Shown here: piece after piece, positions 17,924 through 25,883 of the stretch
How positions within the stretch are numbered: position 1 is the stretch's first letter
Layout: every line of letters starts with the position of its first letter
Assembly (NCBI RefSeq): GCF_033807535.1
Contig: NZ_CP136856.1
Coordinates: 1,905,842 to 1,937,841, forward strand
Source: Oceanisphaera sp. IT1-181
Lineage (GTDB): Bacteria > Pseudomonadota > Gammaproteobacteria > Enterobacterales > Aeromonadaceae
Direction: 5' to 3'
DNA length: 32,000 nt
Translations under genes and position numbers: made by a program
The notes under the pieces: model-generated
Told to the model about the DNA's origin: nothing
Database searches by the model: none
What the model saw: the letters and a program-made list of their open reading frames with translations, nothing else

Positions 17924-18645
17924 AGCGTATTCTCCTGATCATCTTGCTCGGTTTCTTGTGCTGATCCCGCATCTTGCTCATCTCGCTGCTCTTCATCAGC
18001 CTCGTCATCACCGGCCACTGCCTCGCCGTCGCGGATCATGCGCAGTTGCAGTTCACGCGGATCTTCATCGGTGCGCACATCGGCGGCAAAGCGAAACACC
18101 GCTTCGCTAATACGAAACTTATCTTGTGTGCCCACATTGCTCACCATGCCTAAGCGCTTAAGGCGGCGAATAGCACTTTTCAGTTTGTCTTGCAGCTTAC
18201 GACGGTCTAAATCACTGCCGCCGGCGCGCTGATTGACCATACGTAACAGTGCGCTTTCATTGGCCAAGGTTAATACTTCTTCTTGCAAGTCCAGCAAGGA
18301 GAACACGCCTTCATTCACTAGGCGATCTGGGCTTAAGTAGAGATAGCACAACACCTTGCCCACCAGCATTTCCAGCTCAGACAAAATCGAGGAGTTAATC
18401 TCACTGGTGGAGCGCGGGCGCAGATAATAAAAGCCCTCAGGCGCGCGCACCAGTTCCACTTGATAGCGCTGATAAAAGGTTTCTAATTCGGGATAATATT
18501 CTTGTAACAGCGAGTGCACTTCCAGCTCGTCGGCGCTAATGTGGCGGCCGGTGCGCAGCTGACTGTCGAGCATCGGAAATAACGGATTGGCGATGGCCAA
18601 GGCCAAACGCGGTGCGAGTGCAGACTCAGTATTGGTCGATAACAT
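17920..18645 (-). CDS. mukE: Condensin accessory protein MukE
   Basis: 241 aa. [46 protein letters not shown] and [15 protein letters not shown] match my recollection of E. coli MukE block by block. It ends in an acidic tail. Confidence 0.95.
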   Translation of the reverse strand: MLSTNTESALAPRLALAIANPLFPMLDSQLRTGRHISADELEVHSLLQEYYPELETFYQRYQVELVRAPEGFYYLRPRSTSEINSSILSELEMLVGKVLCYLYLSPDRLVNEGVFSLLDLQEEVLTLANESALLRMVNQRAGGSDLDRRKLQDKLKSAIRRLKRLGMVSNVGTQDKFRISEAVFRFAADVRTDEDPRELQLRMIRDGEAVAGDDEADEEQRDEQDAGSAQETEQDDQENTL

Positions 18646-19951
18646 GTGCTTGTACCTTGGCCCCGTGGGCGTTAATGCGTTGCCATTCTGGCTGGGCGGC
18701 GCCTACACATTCAGCGTTGGCGTGGCCGAGCTTCACTGCTTCATCAATCAGCAGGCGAGCAATATCAAAATGTTGGTAGTGCGGGAAATCTGCTAAATAG
18801 CCTTTCAGCACCATGGCCATGTCGAGCGGGCGGCCATCTTCTGCAAAATGCTGCAGATGCTCACGAATGCGCCCAGATAACTCTGCGGTCACATCCAGCA
18901 TCTCGTGATATTCCAACTCTTCTGGCAGCTCACCGGTGACTTCGTCCGCATAAGCGGCGAGCGTTTCCGCTCTTAACTCAAGCAGCGGCTCGGCCAGTGC
19001 GATGCGCAACTGCCAGTTATGATCTTCAAATTGGCGAATCGACTCGCGCAAGCGCTGACTAAAGGCACGGTTTTTATCCATGTCGATGGCAGTACGAATA
19101 AAGCGATGTACGTGCAAGTCGTAGCGTGACCACAGCTCAATACACTGGCTGCCCCACAAAATAATGGCGTCTAATCGCGCTTGCAGCTGTTGGCATAAAG
19201 GGGCTAATGCCAAACCGCGCGCGTCACCTTGCAACAGCTCTTCAATATTCAATAAGCTGAGCTGCAAGCCATGGCCGGCTTTATCCAGCGTATCTTGAAG
19301 CTCGCGCAAGGTATGGCCGGTTTCACGCAATAATTGCTCGCAGGCAGCAATGGCCTCGTGCCAGTTTTTATGCAGGAGTGCGGCAATATTGGCTTTAACG
19401 GCATTTTGCTGCTCGTCCATGGCGCGTTGGGTATCGTCGATACGTGCCAATTGCTCAGCCACCGAATAGGTAAGACGCCCTGCTACCTCTTGCTGCCACA
19501 GCTCATCATTGGGATTGTCAGCCATGGTGGCGGCAATCTTATTCAGATCTAGGCTAATTTGCTCCAGCTGCAACGACAGCTTAATTTGGCTAACATCTCT
19601 TTGCGCGGCAAAGAAATCGACGATACCCACGCCTAAACGCGTTAAGCGATACAGGCTGTCATCGTCACCCGCTTGGGCTTGAAAACGACTGAGCAGCCGT
19701 TGGCTGACTAAATCATTGATGGCATTGTTGGCGCGGCTAACTTGGGTTTCTTCCACTTGGCCGAAGCCTTTGCTTACGAAGCTAAAGGCATGCTGTAAGT
19801 CCGCCTCAGACAATTGAGACTGCTCGCCATTTTGGCTAAATACTTGAATCGCCAGCAACAACGCCAGCCGCTCGGGCGGCAGGTTGAGCTGACATTGCTC
19901 TTCTATCACCCAACCTATCCAGTCCGGCAGGGTGCGGGACATGTCTGTCAT
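18626..19951 (-). CDS. mukF: Condensin kleisin MukF
   Basis: 441 aa. [61 protein letters not shown] and the C-terminal [12 protein letters not shown] match my recollection of E. coli MukF. The stop overlaps the mukE start by 20 nt. Confidence 0.95.
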   Translation of the reverse strand: MTDMSRTLPDWIGWVIEEQCQLNLPPERLALLLAIQVFSQNGEQSQLSEADLQHAFSFVSKGFGQVEETQVSRANNAINDLVSQRLLSRFQAQAGDDDSLYRLTRLGVGIVDFFAAQRDVSQIKLSLQLEQISLDLNKIAATMADNPNDELWQQEVAGRLTYSVAEQLARIDDTQRAMDEQQNAVKANIAALLHKNWHEAIAACEQLLRETGHTLRELQDTLDKAGHGLQLSLLNIEELLQGDARGLALAPLCQQLQARLDAIILWGSQCIELWSRYDLHVHRFIRTAIDMDKNRAFSQRLRESIRQFEDHNWQLRIALAEPLLELRAETLAAYADEVTGELPEELEYHEMLDVTAELSGRIREHLQHFAEDGRPLDMAMVLKGYLADFPHYQHFDIARLLIDEAVKLGHANAECVGAAQPEWQRINAHGAKVQAHVIDQY

Positions 19952-20149
19952 TTATGTGCTCTCTTTATCTTTAGCCGTAAGGAGTAAGACGTGAGGTGTG
20001 AGGGGCCAAACACAGAACGTGTGGGCACTAACGCCTAACATTTTACGCCTCATTCTTTACGGCCATTGAAGTAATCATTATCCCCTTCGGGGAGCTGTAA
20101 GCCGTATACGGTCAGCTATAAATTAAAACCTAAAAGCGACAGAACATTT

Positions 20150-20290
20150 TTGCCACGGAATCCACGGAACCCACGGAAGAAAACCAAAACCCTTAAAATA
20201 TAAAACATTATATATTGTAAGGAATTACCAGTAAGTCATGCTCTGTTAGTGCTTATTTTTCGTGCTTCTCATAACAAAGAGGCGTGGCAA
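20150..20290. repeat. MITE-like element E1 (141 bp) with inverted TTGCCACG...CGTGGCAA termini
   Basis: The left arm is ttgccacggaatccacggaacccacggaag and the right arm is cgtgcttctcataacaaagaggcgtggcaa. The reverse complement of E1 aligns end-to-end with E3 (23103-23248). Shared blocks include ttgccacg..cctcttt.ttatgaga.gcac.gaaaat, ccttacaa and ttcttccgtgg.ttccgtggcaa. Confidence 0.7.
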
Positions 20291-20303
20291 GAAATCTCTA
20301 GTC

Positions 20304-21101
20304 TTAATCTCTTAGCTGGGTGCTCGGCGCTGATTTCTGCGCCACTACATGAATATATCGGCCTAGGTGCATAAAAGGGGCGATTTTGGCGTGGGCTAAC
20401 TCCATAGCGATCACTTCATCCGCCTGCTCCACGCGCAGGGTTTTATTGACCATATAGTCGTGGATCACGCGCACGCCGCTGCGGTCGGTTATAACAAAGC
20501 CCAGCGCCTGCAGCCAGTCATTAACCTGCTCCGGCCGACAGGGCCAGCCTGGGGTCAGCTTCTGACGTCGCTTTTTGACCAAATCTGCGTATACGTAATC
20601 AAAATGGCCCATCACTAGGCTGTGATATAAAAGCCCGTCGCGATTATAAAACATCAAAGATAAGTGGCCGTCGTCCACCAGCAAAGCTTCTAAGCAGGCT
20701 AATAGCTCAGCTTGATGCTCCACCCACTCTAGCACTGCATGGCACAAGATCAGATCAAACTGACCAATATCCGACACCATCAAAGACTGTATCGGTGCAT
20801 GAATAAATTCAAACTGGCCCAAGATGCCCTTGTCCTGCACTTGCTCGCGGGCCAGCGCCAGCATATCGGCGGATAAATCACACAGCACCACACTATGGCC
20901 TAGCGCGGCTAAGCCTTGAGATAAAGGGCCAAAGCCACCGCCCGCATCCAAGATACGCAGCTTTTTACCCTGCGGTAAGGTTGCCAAGAGCGCATCGAGA
21001 TCACGCTCTAATACGGCGAGACGAATGCGACCTTTAGTGGTGCCATAAATGTTGCGGGAAAACGCTTGGGCTTTGCTATCAAAATTAGTATTGGACTGCA
21101 C
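20304..21101 (-). CDS. cmoM: tRNA 5-carboxymethoxyuridine methyltransferase CmoM (SmtA)
   Basis: 265 aa with a GTG start. FSRNIYGTTKGRIR, the SAM motif LRILDAGGGFG, VVLCDLSADM, ILCHAVLEWV, LSLMFYN, GVRVIHDY and LGRYIHVVA track my recollection of E. coli SmtA/CmoM. It sits upstream of mukFEB as in E. coli. Confidence 0.9.
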   Translation of the reverse strand: MQSNTNFDSKAQAFSRNIYGTTKGRIRLAVLERDLDALLATLPQGKKLRILDAGGGFGPLSQGLAALGHSVVLCDLSADMLALAREQVQDKGILGQFEFIHAPIQSLMVSDIGQFDLILCHAVLEWVEHQAELLACLEALLVDDGHLSLMFYNRDGLLYHSLVMGHFDYVYADLVKKRRQKLTPGWPCRPEQVNDWLQALGFVITDRSGVRVIHDYMVNKTLRVEQADEVIAMELAHAKIAPFMHLGRYIHVVAQKSAPSTQLRD

Positions 21102-21158
21102 GGCTATTTCTTAACGGCTCAGGGGCCGCTATTCTGTCATAACCTTGGGCCTTAACAA

Positions 21159-22046
21159 ATGAGTGCGTGCGTGGGATCGGTTTTTTTGGCGAAAAAGTGG
21201 CTCGGTAGCCTGTTATTACCGCTGCCCTTGCTGTTAATCATCAGCCTTATTGGCTTAGTGTTAGTGCTTAAACAGCATAAACGCAGCGGCGTCAGCTTGG
21301 TGCTGTTCGCCATCATAAGTCTGTGCTTACTGTCAACGCGACCGGTGGCCAACGCTTTAATAGCCCCACTTGAAGCGCAACATCCGCCTTATTTAGTGGA
21401 TGTCTCCACTCCTAACACAGACCCAATACAAGATATTATCGTGCTGGGTGCCGCTCAAGTGGCCGACCTTAGCTTACCGTTACTCAGCCAGCTGGGCAGT
21501 GCCGGCCTAGCGCGCATTAGTGAGGGCATACATTTAAGCTTGGCCTACCCTGATGCTCGGTTAATTGTCAGTGGTTATGCAGGCAGTGAAGGTCGCTCCA
21601 GCGCCGAGCTTTATAGCGCAGTGGCGCAAAGTTTTGGTATTAATAAATCGCGTATTATTGAACTGCCGCTACCGCAAGACACCTTTGAAGAAGCTGTCGC
21701 CATAGCACCGCTGATTAAAGGCCGACAAGCATTATTAGTCACATCCGCCAGCCATATGCCGCGTGCTATGCGCTTATTTAACGACCAAGGTGCCCACCCC
21801 ACGGCCGCACCCGTTGGCCATTTAGCGAAGGAGAGCCTTCAGCACAAAGAAAGCCGCGCCAAGCTGCCGCTCTACACGTATTTGCCTAAAGCGCGGTATC
21901 TAGAACGCAGCGAAACCGCTTGGCACGAGTATCTCGGCCTCTTAAAAGAAGCGGTAAGCCGTCAACTGTACGTTAAAACATTAACAGATAGTGACTTTTT
22001 GCCACGGAAGAACACGGAATCCACGGAAGTAAAGCCAAGGCTATAA
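21159..22046 (+). CDS. elyC: Envelope biogenesis factor ElyC (YcbC; DUF218/SanA-YdcF family), with a repeat-derived C-terminal extension
   Basis: The N-terminus LAKKWLGSLLLPLPLLLIISLIG resembles E. coli ElyC (KKVIGNMLLPLPL...), followed by a DUF218-like body (IIVLGA..., LLVTSASHMPRAM). It is divergent from cmoM as in E. coli. The start is uncertain, either ATG 21159 or GTG 21171. The last ~16 codons (from 21999) lie inside repeat element E2. Confidence 0.8.
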   Translation: MSACVGSVFLAKKWLGSLLLPLPLLLIISLIGLVLVLKQHKRSGVSLVLFAIISLCLLSTRPVANALIAPLEAQHPPYLVDVSTPNTDPIQDIIVLGAAQVADLSLPLLSQLGSAGLARISEGIHLSLAYPDARLIVSGYAGSEGRSSAELYSAVAQSFGINKSRIIELPLPQDTFEEAVAIAPLIKGRQALLVTSASHMPRAMRLFNDQGAHPTAAPVGHLAKESLQHKESRAKLPLYTYLPKARYLERSETAWHEYLGLLKEAVSRQLYVKTLTDSDFLPRKNTESTEVKPRL

Positions 22047-22193
22047 AAACATATTATTGTAGGGCTTATTAATACACCTCACGCCTTACTTTTTACTGAC
22101 AGCGTACCGCTCACCGAAGTGGTTAGTCTTACCCATAATTTAGTTTTGGTTTAATCTCTATTTTTCCGTGGATTCTGTGGGTTCCGTGGCGAA
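21999..22193. repeat. MITE-like element E2 (195 bp): two CACGGAA-type arms in inverted orientation
   Basis: The left arm ttgccacggaagaacacggaatccacggaagtaaagccaaggctataaaaacatattattgtaggg parallels the E1 left arm. The right end cttacccataatttagttttggtttaatctctatttttccgtggattctgtgggttccgtggcga is an inverted copy of the same arm type. The centre contains a cctcacgccttac word. Confidence 0.65.
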
Positions 22194-22237
22194 AGGGTAT
22201 TGGTGTTGTCTTTAACGTACCGCTACCCGCAGGGCGC

Positions 22238-22266
22238 TGGTCTTGCTTGAGGCCTGCCTCTATAAT
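22238..22266 (+). promoter_or_regulatory. Candidate sigma70 promoter of tpiA (perfect TATAAT -10)
   Basis: TATAAT at 22261-22266 lies 41 nt upstream of the tpiA ATG. The -35 at 17-nt spacing is poor (tggtct). Judged by eye only. Confidence 0.3.
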
Positions 22267-22307
22267 GCCTCCATTTATTGCACAGACTGCACAGGGAATA
22301 ACAACAG

Positions 22308-23072
22308 ATGACACAGACAAGACGCCAGATCTTAGTAATGGGAAACTGGAAGTTAAACGGTAACAAAACCATGGTTGCCGACTTAATTAAGGCGCTGAAA
22401 GCTCCCGCCACCGAGTGCCCGACTGTGGCCGTGGCCGTGTGCCCGCCTGTGTTATTTTTAGGCCAAGCGCAAACGCTATTAGCCGACAGCCCCATTGCTT
22501 TAGGCGCCCAAGATGCGGACTTAAACAGTGAAGGCGCCTTTACTGGCGAAAATTCGGCCATCATGTATACCGAGTTTGATGTGCAATATGTATTGGTGGG
22601 CCACAGCGAGCGCCGCACCTTGCATAACGAGACCGATGCTACCGTGGCCGCTAAATTTGCCGCCGTGCAACGTGCTGGCTTAACGCCCGTATTGTGTATC
22701 GGTGAAACGGACGCCCAGTTTGAAGCCAATGACACCCAAGCCGTAGTTCAGCGCCAACTGCAAGCCGTGATTGATCACTGTGGTATAGAGGCTTTCAGCA
22801 ATGCGGTGATCGCCTATGAACCCGTGTGGGCGATTGGTACCGGTAAAACGGCCACGCCAGAAATTGCACAAAACGTGCACGCCGCTATTCGCGCTTTCTT
22901 GGCAGATCTTGACGCCAGCATTGCTGCTAAAATACAAATTCTCTACGGTGGTTCGGTGAAAGGTGCCAGTGCAGCCGGTTTATTTGCCATGGCCGACATA
23001 GACGGTGCCCTAGTAGGCGGTGCCGCCCTGATCGCTGACGAGTTTGCTGCCATTATTCGCGCCGGCGCTTAA
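22308..23072 (+). CDS. tpiA: Triosephosphate isomerase
   Basis: 254 aa. MGNWKLNG, GAQD...GAFTGE, VGHSERR, TPVLCIGET, IAYEPVWAIGTGKTATP, YGGSV and DIDGALVGGA form the full TIM signature set. Confidence 0.97.
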   Translation: MTQTRRQILVMGNWKLNGNKTMVADLIKALKAPATECPTVAVAVCPPVLFLGQAQTLLADSPIALGAQDADLNSEGAFTGENSAIMYTEFDVQYVLVGHSERRTLHNETDATVAAKFAAVQRAGLTPVLCIGETDAQFEANDTQAVVQRQLQAVIDHCGIEAFSNAVIAYEPVWAIGTGKTATPEIAQNVHAAIRAFLADLDASIAAKIQILYGGSVKGASAAGLFAMADIDGALVGGAALIADEFAAIIRAGA

Positions 23073-23102
23073 GCTCAGCTAAAACCAAGACTAAAGATTT
23101 CT

Positions 23103-23248
23103 TTGCCACGAGAACACGCCTCTTTATTTATGAGAGGCACAGAAAATCAAAATTTCAAACCAAAAATATCTTTTGGGTCGGGTTAAGGCCTTACAAAGAA
23201 ATAATCTCCCTGTTAGGTCTTGGTCTTCTTCCGTGGATTCCGTGGCAA
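23103..23248. repeat. MITE-like element E3 (146 bp), inverted orientation relative to E1
   Basis: The termini are ttgccacgagaacacgcctctttatttatgagaggcac... and ...cttcttccgtggattccgtggcaa. It is homologous over its length to the reverse complement of E1. It contains an internal 6-bp hairpin gcctct/agaggc. Confidence 0.7.
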
Positions 23249-23306
23249 GAACAGCTTGAATGTCTTTTGTCAGGGTTAGTGATGAATAGCAAAGGGAGTC
23301 ATATTG

Positions 23307-24269
23307 ATGATTAAACGCATTGGAGTCTTAACCAGTGGCGGTGATGCGCCGGGCATGAACGCCGCCATTCGTGCCGTGGTGCGTGCTGGCCTGCACCATA
23401 GTCTGGAAGTGTTTGGCATACATAGCGGTTATAAAGGCTTATATCACAACGAGATTGAGTCGCTGGATCGTCATTCGGTGTCCGACGTGATCACCCGTGG
23501 CGGCACTTTCTTAGGCTCGGCGCGTTTTCCGGAGTTTAAAGATGAAGCCGTGCGCCTTAAAGCAGTCGAAAACCTCAAACTTCATGGCATAGATGCGCTG
23601 GTGGTGATTGGCGGTGATGGCTCCTATATGGGCGCCATGAAACTGACTGAAATGGGCTTTCCCTGTATTGGCATACCCGGCACCATAGATAATGATATTG
23701 CCGGCACCGATTTTACCATTGGCTTTGATACGGCACTGAATGTGGCGGTAGAAGCCATCGACCGTTTACGTGATACCTGCAGCTCGCATAATCGTATTTC
23801 GGTAGTCGAGATCATGGGCCGCCATTGCGGTGATTTAACCTCGTCTGCCGCCGTGGCGGGGGGCGCCGAATACGTGATAGTGCCGGAAGTGGCCTTTGAT
23901 CAAGATGAGCTGATCCAGCAAATTCACGAAGGTGTGGTCAAAGGTAAAAAACACGCCATAGTCGCGCTGTGTGAAAACATGTGTGACGCCAATCGCCTCG
24001 CTTTTGATATTCAAGCAGCCACGGGTCGTGATACCCGCGCCACCATCTTGGGCCACACGCAACGTGGCGGTACTCCCAGTGCCCAAGACCGCATTATGGC
24101 CAGTCGCATGGGTGCCCGTGCGGTGGAGTTATTGCTAGAAGGCTACGGCGGGCGCTGCGTAGGCCTGCAAAGCAACAATATTGTGCATCACGACATTATT
24201 GACTGCATCAAGCACTTAAAGCGTCCTTTCAACGAAGAAATGTACCAATTGTCGAATGTGTTGTTCTAG
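23307..24269 (+). CDS. pfkA: ATP-dependent 6-phosphofructokinase
   Basis: The track ORF begins at TTG 23304. I call ATG 23307 ([22 protein letters not shown], as in E. coli PfkA), with AGGGAG 8 nt upstream. GGDGSY, PGTIDND and LGHTQRGG are all present. Confidence 0.97.
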   Translation: MIKRIGVLTSGGDAPGMNAAIRAVVRAGLHHSLEVFGIHSGYKGLYHNEIESLDRHSVSDVITRGGTFLGSARFPEFKDEAVRLKAVENLKLHGIDALVVIGGDGSYMGAMKLTEMGFPCIGIPGTIDNDIAGTDFTIGFDTALNVAVEAIDRLRDTCSSHNRISVVEIMGRHCGDLTSSAAVAGGAEYVIVPEVAFDQDELIQQIHEGVVKGKKHAIVALCENMCDANRLAFDIQAATGRDTRATILGHTQRGGTPSAQDRIMASRMGARAVELLLEGYGGRCVGLQSNNIVHHDIIDCIKHLKRPFNEEMYQLSNVLF

Positions 24270-24301
24270 AGCACCGCGGCGTCTAGAAACAAAATAATCA
24301 C

Positions 24302-24494
24302 TTTGTAGCTGCCCGTCTCTTTGGTAAAGAGGACTTCGGCAGGCCAGCGTAGCTGGATATAAATCACCCAAATCAGAGCAAAACCGAGCCGAATACTCTT
24401 TATCGAAAATAGGGGCTCCTACAAAAGAATCGTCTTTTGTAGCCGGCCGTCTCTTTGGTAAAGAGGACTTCGCCGGCCAGCGTAGCTGGATGTA
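24302..24494. repeat. Second cluster of the mosaic REP-like family (A-B-A arrangement)
   Basis: Segment 24302-24357 is tttgtagctgcccgtctctttggtaaagaggacttcggcaggccagcgtagctggat. Segment 24380-24432 is aaaaccgagccgaatactctttatcgaaaataggggctcctacaaaagaatcg. Segment 24436-24494 is a second unit A with ccggccagcgtagctggatgt. The unit A core is identical to the copy at 12927-12952. Confidence 0.75.
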
Positions 24495-24610
24495 ACTTGT
24501 ATTTTAAATGCCACTTAATTGTTCCAGATCACATTTATTCTTATCTGGCTTATTTATACTGACTTCGAGTTCAAGACCCGATAACACATTTAAGCCAGTA
24601 GGAGACGAAT

Positions 24611-24715
24611 ATGAGTGGATGTTGTGGCGGTTGTGGTGGCGAGCACACCAAGCAAGAACAAGAAGCGGCAGAAGCCCAAGCGCAAGCTGAGAAAACCCAG
24701 TCTGACGCAGAATAA
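24611..24715 (+). CDS. Candidate small ORF: 34-aa Cys/Gly-rich N-terminus with an acidic Gln/Ala/Glu tail
   Basis: Below the ORF-track size cutoff. AGGAGA (24600-24605) lies 5 nt upstream of ATG 24611. The translation is MSGCCGGCGGEHTKQEQEAAEAQAQAEKTQSDAE, ending at TAA 24713-24715. It sits in unique sequence between two repeat clusters. I recognise no homologue. Confidence 0.35.
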   Translation: MSGCCGGCGGEHTKQEQEAAEAQAQAEKTQSDAE

Positions 24716-24787
24716 GCCGCAAACGGTCGAATACTTCCTGCCTAAGTAAGGCGACCCTACAAAAGGCCAGAGCCAACCCTAACCGTG

Positions 24788-25100
24788 GTCATTGCGAGGA
24801 GCGTAGCGACGCGGCAATCTATGTTTGGCCACTGTGCAGACCTGTAGAATGGATTGCTTCGCTGCGCTCGCAAAAACCACATTCCCGTCATTGCGAGGAG
24901 TGCAACGGCGCGGCAATCCATAATTATGTACCGCGCCGTTGTAACATGGATTGCCGCGCTACGCTCGCAATGAACAGACAAGGCCAAACAGGTGTTTTTT
25001 TAACGTAAAGCGCACAGCGTAAGGCGTATAGCTTGTTTATCCGTCATCCTATACGAGGAGTGCAACGACGCAGCAATCCATGGTTATGTACCGCGTCTTG
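24788..25100. repeat. Two and a half copies of a long palindromic repeat (arms CATTGCGAGGAG(C/T)G..(A/G)CG.CGGCAATCC)
   Basis: Copy 1 (24788-24872) pairs cattgcgaggagcgtagcgacgcggcaatc with ggattgcttcgctgcgctcgcaa. Copy 2 (24887-24972) pairs cattgcgaggagtgcaacggcgcggcaatcca with tggattgccgcgctacgctcgcaatg. A half copy (25043-25100) reads gtcatcctatacgaggagtgcaacgacgcagcaatccatggttatgtaccgcg. Each full copy can fold into a ~25-bp imperfect hairpin. Confidence 0.7.
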
Positions 25101-25241
25101 TCGTTTTAGGCACAATTAACAACCACAACCCAGACGCGGGTATTATTCTGCTTTATGTTACTGCTGTGAATATTATGTTAATCAATAGCTTGTGTTAGCC
25201 GTTGACTATTCTCTTGTACTGCCTCCTCATTCTTAGTGCCA

Positions 25242-25270
25242 TTGTGAAATGGTACGTAAAGTCCGATAAT
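25242..25270 (+). promoter_or_regulatory. Candidate sigma70 promoter of the rnf operon
   Basis: TTGTGA (25242-25247), a 17-nt spacer, then GATAAT (25265-25270), ending 31 nt upstream of the rnfA ATG. Pattern match by eye only. Confidence 0.25.
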
Positions 25271-25301
25271 GGCTGCTCTCATTTTTAATCGCCGAGTGAT
25301 C

Positions 25302-25883
25302 ATGTCTGAATACTTGTTGCTGTTTGTCGGCACCGTGCTAGTCAACAACTTCGTGCTGGTGAAGTTTTTAGGTCTGTGCCCTTTCATGGGCGTGTCCGGC
25401 AAACTGGAAACCGCCATCGGCATGGGGATGGCCACCACCTTCGTGCTGACCTTAGCTGCCGCCTGCTCTTATTTGGTGAACCAGTACATCTTATTGCCGC
25501 TTGAGCTGACCTATTTGCGCACCTTGTCGTTTATTTTGGTGATCGCGGTGGTGGTGCAGTTCACCGAGATGGTGGTGCATAAAACCAGCCCAACGCTATA
25601 TCGTTTGCTGGGCATTTTCTTGCCGCTGATCACCACTAACTGCGCCGTATTGGGCGTGGCACTGCTGAACATCAATGAACAACATAACTTTATGCAAAGC
25701 TTGGTGTATGGCTTTGGTGCCGCCTTGGGCTTTTCATTAGTGCTGGTGCTGTTTGCCGCCATGCGCGAGCGTTTAGCCGGTGCAGATGTGCCCGCTCCCT
25801 TTAAAGGCGCGGCCTTGGCCATGATCACCGCGGGCCTAATGTCACTGGCCTTTATGGGCTTTACTGGCTTGGTGAAGGTGTAA
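25302..25883 (+). CDS. rnfA: Ion-translocating ferredoxin:NAD+ oxidoreductase (Rnf/Rsx) subunit A
   Basis: The track ORF starts at 25269. I call ATG 25302 ([32 protein letters not shown]), giving 193 aa that are nearly collinear with my recollection of E. coli RsxA. Confidence 0.95.
   Translation: MSEYLLLFVGTVLVNNFVLVKFLGLCPFMGVSGKLETAIGMGMATTFVLTLAAACSYLVNQYILLPLELTYLRTLSFILVIAVVVQFTEMVVHKTSPTLYRLLGIFLPLITTNCAVLGVALLNINEQHNFMQSLVYGFGAALGFSLVLVLFAAMRERLAGADVPAPFKGAALAMITAGLMSLAFMGFTGLVKV

Noticed and set aside
13367-19951. Could the SMC-like three-gene cluster be a Wadjet/JetABC(D) or MksBEF(G) plasmid-defence system rather than housekeeping MukBEF?
   Set aside because: All three proteins track E. 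coli MukF, MukE and MukB block by block. The cluster is embedded in the canonical elyC / cmoM(smtA)-mukF-mukE-mukB synteny. There is no fourth JetD/MksG-type Toprim nuclease gene, since a terminator follows mukB directly.
20147-20185. Tandem CACGGAA words as a possible CRISPR array or tandem-repeat locus
   Set aside because: The units are only 8-11 bp with no unique spacers, there are at most three per site, and no cas genes are present. They are the arm of a dispersed MITE-like element.
22223-22735. 170-aa minus-strand ORF. Similar antisense ORFs lie at 22680-22937, 23624-24086, 25511-26460 and 27497-29095.
   Set aside because: All lie antisense within confidently identified tpiA, pfkA or rnf genes. 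Those inside the rnfC tail simply mirror its Ala-rich repeats.
22308-24269. tpiA-pfkA adjacency as a novel glycolytic operon
   Set aside because: The genes are separated by 234 bp containing a repeat element. pfkA has its own ribosome-binding site and room for a promoter. The two genes are also near each other in E. coli, so this is ordinary.
24504-24776. 90-aa minus-strand ORF and 60-aa plus-strand ORF (24508-24690) overlapping the small Cys-rich ORF
   Set aside because: Neither has a recognisable Shine-Dalgarno sequence. Both are Arg/Leu-rich with no motif. The 34-codon frame is the only one with a good ribosome-binding site, though it is itself only a candidate.
24757-24987. 76-aa minus-strand ORF
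   Set aside because: It is a read-through of the palindromic repeats; peptide fragments such as IDCRVATLLAMT and MDCRAVALLAMT repeat because the DNA repeats. It has no ribosome-binding site.
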